Below are positions 51,440-63,500 of a stretch of 64,000 nucleotides of DNA, piece by piece. Both the position numbers and the translations under genes were made by a program. The DNA is from Mobula hypostoma. Taxonomy: Eukaryota. Position 1 is the stretch's first letter. Each line of letters starts with the position of its first letter. The notes under the pieces were generated by a model that was not told the DNA's origin, made no database searches, and was given only the letters and a program-made list of their open reading frames with translations. Location of the stretch: positions 26,724,001-26,788,000 of the forward strand of contig NC_086108.1 in NCBI RefSeq assembly GCF_963921235.1. Reading direction: 5' to 3'.

Positions 51440-51719
51440 GAGGCACTAGGGAACTTGATGGATGCAGTTTAGCAAGCAATAGGGTTCCAGATAAGATACT
51501 TAACAAAATCTCTTGTTCAGAGAATTTGTGTTTCTCCAAGAACCGCTGTAGCCATCTGCTCTAAAGAGGCAGAAAAAACACAAGCCCCCATACACTATAC
51601 CTCATATAATTTCACCCCAACAGAACAGAAATTTACTGCTTTACAACTATGCTTTACTATGATATTCTGTACACTTATTGCAGTAAGACTGCAAGGAGGC
51701 AAACCAAATATTGCACAAA

Positions 51720-53832
51720 CGATACACTACCTTGTACTTGCCTCTTTACCTATTCCTCTGGCTTGTCCTTAACCCATGACAGAGTGAAGAGCAGGAACTG
51801 CCCTGAACATATTATCTTTGATCGTCTCCCTTTCCTAGTTCTGCTCACTAATGTTGTGTATGGGTATGCATGTTGCTTGCCACAGCTTGAGGGAGGTTGG
51901 AATTTGTCTGTCATGAATAATTGGTCTAATAACACAAACTCACGGAAAGATGGGGTGATAAACATGATTTTTCACTCAACTATTCGGCTGTTGCAGATTT
52001 ACTTTTTCATATGGGTAACTTTTTATATATACAGTTCTTAAGGTTTTCTATATAGTGTAGATATGTTGCGCATTGCTAATGATAGCATTGTATCAGCATC
52101 AGTATCAAGTTTAATATCACTGGCATATGTGATGAAATTTGTTGTTGATATTAAAGCTGATTCTTATTCTGTCATGGTTTACACCTTTGACTTTTAAAAC
52201 CATCTATCTTACAATATTTACTCTGTTATGTTACACAGTGCTAAAACACAAGGAGTAAAGAGATATCTACCCCGAGGAGCAAGATAGCCATCCCTGAGGA
52301 ATGCTATACTCCCAATAGTCTTTTTTACCTATTCTGCTGTGATTTCTTCAGAAACAAAGATGTGATCCTAAGGCCTCTGAGACTGATAAAGCACTATATT
52401 GTCACAAGGTAGAGCTGTCTGAATGTGTTTCACTTACTATTTGGGTATAAGTATATATTGTGTAGGTGGTTCTTCTACAGTGCAGCAAATAGGACCACGA
52501 GACCTACCAATATTGGTATTTGGGTTGAACTTAATAGTTTGTATATTTAGTTGTATATTTGGTTGACAAAATCCCATGGTCTAACAGAACAGACTGAGTA
52601 GCCTTGCTATGTTAAAGTTCTCTTTGAAAACATAGAAGTTAGAAAGATGTGTCAATTCTTCACAGTTAGACTCAATCCCTATCAAAGGAAACCTTGAACA
52701 ATTGTGCACAGAGTTCAGAATCACATATGCAGGTGGTATGGTTGTTGTTAGACTGTTACACGCAGGCTTCAGTTCTTTGCGGGAATCGAACCCCTTCTCG
52801 GGGATCCACGATAGGTCGCTGTTCAACATGTCAAGAGTTTGGCCTGAGAATCTCGATCGTGTTTGGAAGCCTAAGATCTCAGGGCTTTGGAGACGGGCGG
52901 ATTGATGGTTGGTGTCACGGCAGGAGACTCGTGTGTCGTCGGGGAGGCTGGAAAATCTTTCACTGTGGGCCCGAAGACCCGAGGTCTTTGTGATCTTTGG
53001 ACACAGAGCTGGATAAAAGCGACGAAACAGACTTTTAGGATTGTAAACCAGTGGGTTGCTGTTATGTCTCCCGCTCGCTGTGAAAATGGGGGACACCTCC
53101 CTCTCCCTTGCCAGGGAGAGAGAGAATCTGTCGTTTGTCGAATTTTGGATGCAATTGTCACTTTTGCACAGTAACTCATTTTATTGCACATGTTAAGTAC
53201 AGCAAACTAATACACAAAGACATGGCAAAAGTCAAGGCAAACAAATGAGGTAACAGCAAATTTCACTTTTGCCCAGTAACAAGCCTTATTGCATTTAGTT
53301 GTAGCTGTCGTCCCTTTCATCGATGAAGAGACTATGGCTGTGGGAAATGTTTCTGGACAAACGCACACCAAGTCTTTCGTTTGGCAATTTCCTTTTAAGT
53401 TTTTTCTTGTCTGTAACTGGACAAACGTGCACCAAGTATACCATTTCCTCTTCGCTTGTTTTCTGTGTGTCCTGCGCATGTCCAGTAGGAGGAGATTCAC
53501 CCAAATATCCATTTTAATGTGGACAGGAGTATTTTCAAAAACGCCTAGTGTGGACGCCTGTCATTTTTACGCGAGACTGGCATTTTCAAAATTATCCGGT
53601 CTAGTGTGGACGTAGCCTGAGATGTCTGCGCAGGAATGAACACAATTAACATGCCATTTTATGAAAGTGACAGTAATTAACTCTTGGTTTGACAGTGTTG
53701 GAGGGAAGATCCAGGCATTTGAACAAGACATGTAAGTCAAAAGAAGCATCATGAGGGCATTGTAACTATAGAAATTTTCCTGTTACATTTGTTTCTTAAC
53801 ATATAAAAACTTGCTGTAATGTTGGGTTGGGG

Positions 53833-53867
<35 letters not shown>

Positions 53868-54383
53868 CTCTCTCGACATATAAGTGACTTCAAAAGGCTG
53901 TCAGATTATTTGTGTGTGCAATGAATAAAAGTCTGCTTTATATCTCCGAGCTGTGTCTCTCCGGTGACTCTGTTCCCATTACAACACTGCTACCAGAGGA
54001 TGACTGGCCTTTTTTAAAATTTATAGAGAAATGACACTTGGAATAATCTGATGATTTAATCTATGTTGCTTATTTTAAGACTAGAATGCAAATCCAGTTT
54101 TTGGATACAACAAAGAATGTTCCAGAAGGACTTAATATTCTTCACCAATGGCTAGAAGGAACTCGGTCAAATTTAAGGAATATTTATTTATTCATGCTGA
54201 GACACTGAACTAACACATTGAGATGAGCAAGGCAGCTCCTTTCACAAGGCTCTTCTTCATGGTGATACAAGGCTTTTGACGGACTTAACCCTCCAGCTGG
54301 AGCAATAGCTACGATTTTTCCAGCTGTTGCATATTTAGCTTCCACAACAGCGAATTCAGTTTCGGGTGGATTAGCACTACTGT
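51720..54383 (+). pseudogene. env: Foamy-like env, copy A (interrupted at ~52754-53986)
   Basis: VFHLLFGYKYILCRWF (~52424), LFENIEVRKMC (~52620) and LLHGDT...GAIATIFPAVAYLASTTANSVSGG (~54250-54375). Confidence 0.75.
52754..53986. mobile_element. Composite LTR-like insert containing a Harbinger-like MITE end
   Basis: TGTTACA start, AATAAA and ACAACA end; CTAGTGTGGACGTAGCC terminus at ~53601-53617; (CT)n at ~53835; absent from env copy B. Confidence 0.55.
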
Positions 54384-54519
54384 AGCAAACAAGAGAAAAT
54401 CTGCCTATGCTGGAAATCCAAGCAACACACACAAAATGCTGAAAGAACTCAGCAGGCCAGGCAGCATCTATGGAAAAGAGTATAGTTGACATTTCAGGCT
54501 AAGCCCCTTCAGTCCTGCA

Positions 54520-56340
54520 CCTTGGGTCTGTCATAAGTAATTGGTCTAATAGCACTAACCCATGGAAGGATGAGTTGATAAACATTATTTTTCACTCACC
54601 TCTTTGGATGTTGCGTATTTAATTTTGGGGCCTCCAAGGTTTAGAAAATATTACTGTATATCGTCACTAGAACTGTTTGAATGTGTTTTGCTTACTATTT
54701 GGGTAAAGTATACATTGTAAACAATGTACAAAGTATACATTGGTAAAGTATGTGATACTCCTACAATGCAACAAATAGGACCACTTGGCCTATCAGTATT
54801 GCTACTTAATGTTACAAGGATAGTTTGTATATTTGTTTGATAAAAATCCATTGTCTGATAGAACAGACTGAGTAGTCCTGCTTTGTTAAACTTTTCTGGG
54901 AAAACATGAAAGTTAGGAAGATGTGTCAATTCTTCTCAGTTAGAGCTAATCCTTAACAAAGGGGGAAAACCTGAACAATTCTACATAGAGTTCAGGATCA
55001 TTAAAAGGGTAAGGAACTTATGGTTGATGTCAGAATGTTAAGTTACACCATACCAGACATACTGTAACCAGAGGATCACCTGTTGTATATTTCAAGGCAG
55101 GATGCAAGTCCAATCTTTGGGTGCAACAAAGAATATCTAAGAAGGACTTGATATTCTTCAACTTCCGGTTTCAGATGGTGCCACCAAATGTGTGCGACAT
55201 CTCACTGGCAATTGTAAAGGCAAGAAATTTGACTAAAAACATTACAAATAACACTTTTCCTGAAGTAAGTTGAGGTAAATTGTCACCACAAACAATGAAT
55301 TTGAGGGAGGAACCATGCTGCTACGTGACAGAATTGACGCAAATGGAATAAGCCATTTGTAAAGAGAAGCGAAGGCAGAGGAGTTTCGGCTTCTGTACAG
55401 CTGGCCTGGGTACAAGGTTGGATTGCTATGGGTGGTGTGCCGATTTGGAGAAATTGAGAGTGGCTTTGGGATGAGTGGTGATATCTGGGCCCACAGCAAA
55501 TAACAGGGTAGAATGGTGTAAGCCCAGAACCTTTCACTGCAGTGGTGTTCATGTTCGGACCCTAGTGAGAGGTAAAACACACTGTTTGGACAATATTTAT
55601 GCTGGATCAGATAGACTGGAAGTACAGGGTGTCAGGATTGGAGGCGAGAGCCAATTTTGCTTGCTGTCTGTGATGTTCACTCCTTTCTCCATGGCACAGA
55701 GGATATGCTGTGCTCCATGCTGCTAATATGATGAACTGATACTGAGGCTTTGTACTGCCTCCAGCCTGCCCGGGCTTCAGATCTAAGGACTGGTTTTGGT
55801 TTGGAATGTCATTGCTCGCTTCTGTTGTTTGCAAGATTTGTGTTTTGATTCCCTTTCTCTGCGCGTCTGGTGTTGGTCTTTTTTTTATTAGTTTTTTTTT
55901 TGCATTTCTAGCTTTGTGGCTGCCTGTAAGCAAACAAATCTCAAGGTTGTATAATTTATACATTCTTTGATAAACAATGTACTTTGAAACAATGGCAAGA
56001 AGAAACTCAGTCAAATTACAAGAACATTTCTCTATACATTCTAAGAGTCACTGAACTGGTATAATCAGATGAGTGAGGCAAAAGTTTCTTTTTCATATTC
56101 ATGCTCAGCCCCTGACTGGATTAAAACTCTAGCTACAACAATAGCTGAGACCTTTCCAGCTGTTGCATATTTAGCTTCTGCAGCAGGGAATACAGTTTCT
56201 GGGTGAATTGGCACTACTTTAAATTGGGTAGAAGATTTTTTTTTGGTTTCCAATGTACATTTTCCCTAGCCATTGGAATTATTGTTTTTGTAGTGCTCTT
56301 TTTGCTGAAATGTTGAAGCCTGCAAGGATGGAAGTTTGGA
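54520..56340 (+). pseudogene. env: Foamy-like env, copy B (interrupted at ~55163-55990)
   Basis: LFWENMKVRKMC (~54891); DWIKTLATTIAETFPAVAYLASAAGNTVSG at 56114 (cf. PFV AWIQQLAAATKDVWPAAASALQGIGNFLSG); membrane anchor LAIGIIVFVVLFLLKC at 56266. Confidence 0.8.
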
Positions 56341-57069
56341 GAACTTTGCCTTTTTTTATAACGGCTCCACTCTTAAGGCTCTGTGAACTCCCATACCTAA
56401 CCTGTAGTGTAATGGGTTACGTCTCCTATGACAGCCTTGCTATCTCCCGCCTTATTACCTATTCCTCTGATTCATCCTCAACCCTGGAAGAGCGAAGTGT
56501 GGGGATTGCTCCGACCATATTATCATTGCTCCTCTCCCTTTCCAAGTCATGATCACTAACCTTGCATATGGGTATACATATTTCTCAACCCCTTGGGGGA
56601 CGTTGTGATGTGTCTGTAATGAATGAAGTGTTGACAAACATTATTTTTTACTTACCTATTTGGATGTTGCAAATCTATTTTATAACATAGGTTGTAATAA
56701 GCCCATCAGGACTGTGCAGAAAGCTGAAGAACAGTGGGTTCCAAGGTTTTTAGAGCAGCTGAATTGGTGAATTGTTGTTTAATGAAAGTTGTTAATCCTC
56801 CCTGGTGCTTCTATTTAAGCTTGTTAAATTTATTTTTACAGCCTCGGGAATTCCGTGTTACCTGTGTTATTTAAGCGGACAGTCTATTAGTACTACTGCG
56901 GAGTCTTATTTTTGAGAATATTACATCTCAATGTGTTGCTTGCCCTAGCCATCTATGTGGTAGCTCTTATGAAGAAACCCTGGTTGCCGGCTCCACATGG
57001 AAGTCTGTCTTTCCTTTACATTTGTGTCTCGTCATTGCCAGTGCACTTTGTGACATGGGTAACTTTGTA

Positions 57070-57102
<33 letters not shown>

Positions 57103-57619
57103 GCGATTCTTAAGATTATATAAGTGGACTTTGTAAACCTGTTCTTCACTGTTAATGCTGGTTTTAAACCACAGTACTGCAAAGCCTTAGGCTCTCTAGG
57201 TATTTTTTTATGGTTCCAGATGGTATGGCCACATGGATCCCTGATCTCAAATCATCAAAGCTATCTGGGATTCACCTTGACAGTCACAAGCAAGCGAGAA
57301 AGGCAATGTCTGCAGAAGAAGCATATAACAATTACAGCACGGAAACAGGCCATCTCGGCCCTTCTAGTCCATGCGGAACTCTTACCCTATCCTAGTCCCA
57401 CCGATCTGCACTCAGCCCATAACCCTCCATTCCTTTCCTGTCCATATATCTGTCCAATTTAACTTTAAGCGACAACATAGAACCTGCCTCAACCACTTCT
57501 GCTGGGTGCTCATTCCACACAGCCACCACTCTGAGTAAAGACATTCCCCCTCATGTTACCCCTAAACTTTTGTCCGCTAATTCTCAACCCATGTCCTCTT
57601 GTTTGCATTTTCTCCACTC

Positions 57620-57875
57620 TGGAAGAACTGTGGAATGTTCTCCAATATGCTTGGAACAAACTACCAGTTGGTTTTCTTATAAAACTGCATGACAGTATTC
57701 CTAAGAGAATTAATGCACTTTTAAACTCAAAGGGTGGATATACCAAATATTAATTTGATTTAATTTTAAAGTAATTTTTTTAATATTTAGAAACTTTTCA
57801 TTTGATTATTTTTGAAAGCATCTTTGCTTTGCAGATTTTTTTTACATATGCCTAAGACTTTTGCACAAAACTGTA
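57620..57875 (+). mobile_element. Tc1-like transposon 3' end, preceded by a minus-strand CR1 3' fragment (~57320-57620)
   Basis: IPKRINALLNSKGGYTKY* and terminal CCTAAGACTTTTGCACAAAACTG-TA. Confidence 0.8.
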
Positions 57876-58205
57876 TTATAGTTCATATTTTTATATTCAA
57901 ACTATCTATCTTGCTATATTTTGTGTGTTATGTAATGTAATGGTGAAAAACCAATGAGGAGGAGAAAGATAGCTACCCTTGAGGAATGATATTCTCCTGA
58001 TAACCTTCTTACTTAGAGTGTTGTGATTTCTTTGGAAATGGAGATGTAAGCTGAGGGCCTCCAAGGTCTACAAAGCATTATATTTTCACAAGGTAGAACT
58101 GTTTGAATATGTTCCACTTACTATTTGGGTATAAGAATATATTCCATAAGTGGTACTCCTACAATGCAACAAATAGGACCACTAGGCCTATCAGTATTGC
58201 TATTA

Positions 58206-59965
58206 GGACATAGAAGAGTATAGCACAGGAACAGGCCATTCAACCCAAAGCATTGTCCTGAACCAACTAAAAAGCAAATCAAAAACACCCAAATTCTAAT
58301 CCCTCCTACCTACACCATATCTATATCCCTCCATCTTCCTTAAATCCATATACCTATCCAAATGTCTCTTAAAAGCCTCCAATGTATTTGCCTCTACACG
58401 GCATCCATGACACTCTGAGTAAAACATTTACTCCTCACATCCCCCTTGAACCTACAACCTCACATCTTTGGTATTAGACACTTCACCTATTCCTGCTCCT
58501 TTCTCAGCAAAGTTTCAGTATTGCTACAACTTTGTAGTTCCATGTACTGATCCGTGCCTTGTTCATCACCCTTACTCATAATGCTCCAAGCGTTAAAACA
58601 TACACACTTTTAACTCTCCGATGTATCATACCTGTAATTTCAATTTTGTCTTTCAATACTTATCCTGACCTTTTGGTCCGATCCTTCCTAGCCCCCTGCA
58701 AAATGAGTTTAAACTCTCCCAAGTAGCATCAGCAAACCTCCCGGCCAGGATATTGGTTCCCCTCCAGTTCATGTGCAACCCGTCCCTCTTGTACAGGTCA
58801 TGCTTTCTCCAGAAAAGATGATCTAAAAACTTGAAACACTGTTCTGTGCACCATCTCTGCAGTCACTCATTCATCTGTGCTGTCATCCCATTCCTACCTA
58901 CTCTACCCCACAGCACAGGGTTAATCCGGAGATTACAACCTCGGGGGTCCTTCTCTTCAGCCTCTTTCCTAACTCTATATACTCACTGCATAGGACCTCT
59001 TCCCCGTTTCTGCCTATGACATTGGTGCCAATATGCACCACAACCTCTGGCGGCTCCACCTCCCATGAGAAAATCCTGCAGCTGCTCTAATACATCCTGG
59101 ACCCTGGCACATGGAAGACAACACACCATCCTGGTGTGTCTTTTGCAGCCACAGAATCTTCTTTCTGTCTGCCTATGTATTGAGTCCCCTATCACTACCG
59201 TACTGCCTGACTTTACTCTTCCCTGTCAAGCCTCAGAGCTGGCCACAGTGCTACCAGCCTGGCAGCTGCTGCAGTAATCTAATGGGTCATCCCCCCCTGT
59301 AGTACCTGTTGGGACATTGCTGAGGGGAATGTCCACAGGGGACCCTACTCTGACTTCTTAATCCCCTTACCTCTCCTGGTGGTTACCCATCTACTGTCCA
59401 AAGCCTGTACTCTGGGTGTGTCCAACTCTTCAAAAGTCCCGTGTATCATATCTTCAGCCTCCTGAATGATCCTGAGGACATCCATCTCCTTGACCTGATC
59501 AGTCAGTCGCTGAAGTTGGAGGCATTTCCCACAGACGTAGTCATCAGGCAAACTGTCGGGTGTCCTGAATCCCCGTATCTGACAGGAAAAGCCTTCCATC
59601 CTGACTACTCAATAGCAAAAAAGAAAAAAAATATTTGCTTCTTCTTAACTGTGCCTTTGCCTTTTCATGCTGAAGCTTATTAAGCCAAAACCTTCACACT
59701 CGATCATTGGCACACTCCGATAATGGCCGTTCCAACAATTGCTGCTCCACTTGAGCCTCCCCTTCTTAAATTTGCAGCTAAGGTTAGGTCTCTGGCACTG
59801 ACATTTCCCAAAAGACTGGCTTTGCACAAATCTGCTCCTTTTATCCTCTCTCTCTTAAACATCCATGGGGTTACACCAAAACACATTCCTCTCACCCAAG
59901 CCACTAAGGAAATATTGCCTTTACCCGAGTTTACTCTTTTTAGACTTGCATTCCTTACTTAATAA
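58206..59965 (-). mobile_element. Internally deleted CR1-family element (ORF1 plus 3' end)
   Basis: PDDYVCGKCLQLQRL and esterase-like IGDSI...MVCCLPCARVQDV; CR1 3' end at ~58210-58480. Confidence 0.75.
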
Positions 59966-60199
59966 TACTTTTTGTTGCAAAGATATTTTGTATATTTGGT
60001 TGATGAAATTCCATGATCTGACAGAACAGACTAGGTAGCCTTTGCACAGTTAACATTTTCTGGAAAAACGTTCAGATTGGTATCACAATTTTAAGTTGTA
60101 TCAATGGGTGTTCACTCCCATAGGGGACATAATCAACCCCAATGTTGTGACATCTTTTTTTCTGTGAGCTTAGAATTAAAAGTACAGACTGAATCTCAG

Positions 60200-62845
60200 C
60201 AAAGGAATTGTACTCTTTCTTACTTTGAAAATCTTAATTTTTATGTATATAATTATATTGTGAAATCATGTCGCTGATGGATATAATTTTCTAGAATTAA
60301 AATGATGAAATTTTCCTTCTGTATCAACCAATTATTTCAAAATTGCTTTTCACTAATCTAATGTCCTTTATTTAGTTCATATGGCTTAGTGTGAGATAAA
60401 CCAAGAATTATAGCTGCAGCATTTGCACCATCATGAGAGAAGTTGAAGGAGGGGCTTTATGCAAAATAGTGTTGGAAATTTCAGTGTAATGGATGATACT
60501 CTTTGGTAGTGCTGCACAGACAATGTCATGGTCCCGACCGTTAATTCTCCATTTTCTCCTAATTCCCCATTTTCTCCTAATTCCCTTTTTGATTGTGCCA
60601 TGGTCCCAACCGTTAATTCCCCATTTTCTCCTAATTCCCTTTTTGATTGTGTCATGGTCCCGACCGTTAATTACCCATTTTATCCTAATTTGCTTTGATG
60701 GTGGCACACCTGGTTTTCATCAAGACCTGCATAAGAACCCCAGCTTTGTACCCACTAGTTGCCAGATCGTTGCTTTCCCAGTGTGGCCCGGCTACTTAGG
60801 ATTGTGTATTCTAAGTTTTGCTTCAGTACCGAGACTTACCTGTGAAACTCAGTCTCTTCGTGTCAAGATAAGTATTCTAAATCTTACTTCCGCACTGAGG
60901 TTTACCTGTGTAACTCCATCTCTCCATGCTAAGAAAAGTTTTGTCTGCCACTTTCCTTTCTACACTCTGTGTCAAGATAAGTTCTGCCTGCCTCCTGCTT
61001 TCCTGCACTCCCTCCTGTTTGCCATTCAACATTCACACCCACATCTGCATCCTAACTTAATCTCCGTGCCTGTGTTCTGCGTTTGGGTTCGCCTCCTTTG
61101 TTGCAACAGGCAAAGATATCTGGCAATCAGGAGCAATCATTACATTCCCTTTGGACAGAGCCTTTGCTGTGAAACTCATGGAAAATACACTGGGACATTG
61201 CGTGTGTGCGTCTAGGGCTAGACATTTTAAGATTTCAACCCAAACACCAATAGAACACAGCACTAGCCATGAGAGGTTGAGTAAGGAAGTGTGTGCTTGA
61301 AGTGTGCATGCTTTAAAGGTGGAATAGGAAGGTGCTGCTGTGCAAATGGTTGACATGAATTCATAGAAGTGTTGATGTGGAGCAAAGTGTTAAAAGCGTG
61401 AATTGTAATGGATATTCACTTCTTGCTAATGTTTGCTAAGCTTTCTTTCTAAACACAAGCAGCCACCATTTGAAAGATCACAAACAGTTGTAAGTGAACT
61501 TCTAAATATATTGCTTTGCTTAGTTTCTGGTTGTAAAAGAAAATCAGTCTTCAGTTCTTAAAATGTAACTGGAAAGCAGTAATCAGCTTGGAGTTAAGAA
61601 AGCACTTGCTATAGTACAGCTTTGCAAACAACCTATGCATTTTGAAGACAGTCTACCTGTGACAAAGCAGACTCAAATCACTGCATCTGCTTTATTATTG
61701 TTTAAATGTAGAGTACAAGACAATGGATTGTTCAATTTAGGCTCTTTCAAACAGACAAGTAGACTCTAAAGTTGCTTAGTTCAAGGAAGCTAGCAGAACA
61801 GTTGGATAATATCATTTAGCATATCAATAATATAGAGAGCAGTTAAGGCTTATTAAGAATGGGGTAAGGAACATCAGGAAAGTTGGAAGAAACACAATGT
61901 GAACAAGAATCTATTCCTCCAACTTAGGTTTCTTCAATGCACAATTTGATTGTCTGAAACTTGAGGGTATGTCTTTTTAGTTGATTGGAATTGTACCTGT
62001 GTTTTAGAAATCCATTGTGTTGCAAATGGTTGATATAGAAATCCTTTGTCATTTGTGCTTTATGCTTAATGGTTTGTAATTTGGAAATATTTATAAGTGA
62101 GAGATCCTCTGTGAGATTTACAAGTGTTTTAAGAGTGTTGTTTGGATTTAAACGTATAACACTGAAAATAAATAAACTGCATTTTAAACTATTTTGTGAG
62201 CTGTTGGTATCTTCCTATTGGTAGTGAGAAGGGAACCATCACTTGAATAATGGATATTGGCAACTAAGTTCACTGTAGAGAATACATATAGAAGCAAGCT
62301 AGCTTTTGGAGATTGGGTAGTTAAAGTATAATCTCCCTTTAGTGAGAGTGCTCATGGCTATTTTATTATCAGAGAGTGCTTGATTACTTTGTTTAGAAAT
62401 TTGTGTACTACGGTTGTGCAGCAATTACCATGATGTATTTCAGCATGGGGTCCACTTGCTCCACTTCAACTCTTTTATGAATTCAAGTCAACCATTTGCA
62501 CAGCAGCACCTTCCTAATCCACCTTTAGAGCATACGCGCTTCAAGCACACACTATTTCAGCATGCAGAGTTTGGAGTTCAATCCTGGCATCCTCTGCAAG
62601 GAGTTTGTATGTCTCCCCTGTGGAACATGTGGGTTTTCTCCAGGTCCACCATCCACCCCCTGCCCTCCAATGTCCAAAGACATACCGGTTAGTAGGTTAA
62701 TTGGTCATTGTAAATTGTTCTGTGATTAGGGTAGGGTTAAACCTCGAGTTTGGCAGGTAGCACAGCTCAAAGGGCCAGAAGGGCCTATTCCACGATGCAT
62801 TTCTAAATAAATACATGAAATATAAAGAAAGCCAATACCACCACA
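60200..62845 (+). repeat. 3' LTR of the foamy-like provirus (with solo LTR and SINE insertions)
   Basis: Collinear with the 5' LTR; ends CCAATACCACCACA at 62845; AATAAA at ~62168. Confidence 0.82.
60524..61108 (+). mobile_element. Solo LTR with internal tandem repeats, inserted in the 3' LTR
   Basis: TG...CA ends; near-TSD GACAA/GGCAA; absent from the 5' LTR; TG(T/C)CATGGTCCC(G/A)ACCGTTAATT three times at 60524-60690. Confidence 0.8.
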
Positions 62846-63164
62846 GAATGATTTGAATCAGAACATGTAATCCAAACCATTTCCTGGATTGGTTTCAGTT
62901 GCTTGAGAGCCATGGAGGTTTTCTCTTTACAGTTCAGAGATTTTGTCAGTTTATTTCTCAAGATATTTTGTGTATGCATGTCTTAGAGCCATTGAGTTTG
63001 GCCTACCAAGACTGCAATGATTAGTAAGAGCTTCCACTTATGCATGTCCTGCACTAATCATTTTATTCTCCCTACATTTCCATCAACCCCTCAGTTATAC
63101 TCACCAACATTACTCATTGACAGGAGAAGGGAGTAGGCAGCATGGAATTACCTCATCAACCAAG

Positions 63165-63500
63165 AAACACAGGGAGGTCTGCAGATGCTGGAAATCCAAA
63201 GCAACACAAACTTGGAACTCAGCAGGTCAGCATCAATGGAAATGGCTAAACAGTCAACGTTTTGGGCCAGGACCCTTCTTCAGTACTGGAAAGGAAGGGA
63301 GAAGACACCAGAATAAAAAGATGAGGGGAGGGAGGGTAGGTAAAGTCAGGTGGATAGGAAAGATAAAGGTCGAGAGGGGAAGGAATCTGACTGGACAGGA
63401 GAATGGACCACAGCAGAGAGGGAAAAAATTACTGGAAGGAGAAATCAATATTCATACCATCAGGTTAGAGGCTATCCAGATGGAATATAAGGTGTTGCTC
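63165..63500. mobile_element. Penelope-like terminal fragment
   Basis: Same family as 10635-11482, ~40620-40970, 43669-43865 and 54385-54515; decayed hammerhead core on the minus strand. Confidence 0.6.

Larger units (their letters stand above)
49020..51700 (+). pseudogene. pol: Foamy-like pol: RT palm/thumb (49020-49640) and connection domain (51440-51700), interrupted by SINE and Rex
   Basis: RGYAIDIKNVLLCCTEVKF/IGMTITNQGHGLTPEFRQK...KAFQSTIELLNCGRAFIPY (cf. PFV AGYVVSLKKSEIGQKTVEFLGFNITKEGRGLTDTFKTK...KQLQSILGLLNFARNFIPN); PIHYTSYNFTPTEQKFTAL (cf. PIMYLNYVFSKAELKFSML). Confidence 0.85.
56430..60075 (+). pseudogene. env: Foamy-like env, copy C (pieces 56430-56690, 57940-58205, 59975-60075; no TM end seen)
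   Basis: DNA homology to copies A and B; MFHLLFGYKNIFHKWYSYNAT at ~58109 (cf. PFV VSHVLFCSDQLYSKWYNIENT). Confidence 0.75.
42500..62845 (+). mobile_element. Decayed endogenous foamy-like (spumaretrovirus-related) provirus: LTR-PBS-gag-pol(partial)-env x3-LTR
   Basis: Long diverged direct repeats, PBS, and collinear foamy-like Gag, RT, connection and Env motifs (see sub-features). Left boundary approximate. Confidence 0.85.

Noticed and set aside
51649..51710. ILYTYCSKTARR resembling the foamy Env leader motif LLYTCCATSSRV
   Set aside because: Overlaps the better-supported pol connection frame; probably coincidental and not used as evidence.
54184..56253. Minus-strand ORFs sharing EAKYATAGK, faintly like papillomavirus E2
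   Set aside because: They are the antisense of the env TM helix FPAVAYLAS.
54590..56660. Minus-strand GTGAGT/GTAAGT donor-like sites suggesting a tandem host gene family
   Set aside because: No consistent exon frames; the repeats are better explained as plus-strand env copies.
60524..60690. Regularly spaced repeats resembling a CRISPR array
   Set aside because: The spacers are copies of each other, the context is a eukaryotic LTR, and there are no cas genes.
60493..61215. 240-aa hydrophobic ORF resembling a membrane protein
   Set aside because: Runs through tandem repeats of a solo LTR and across its junctions; no recognisable domain.
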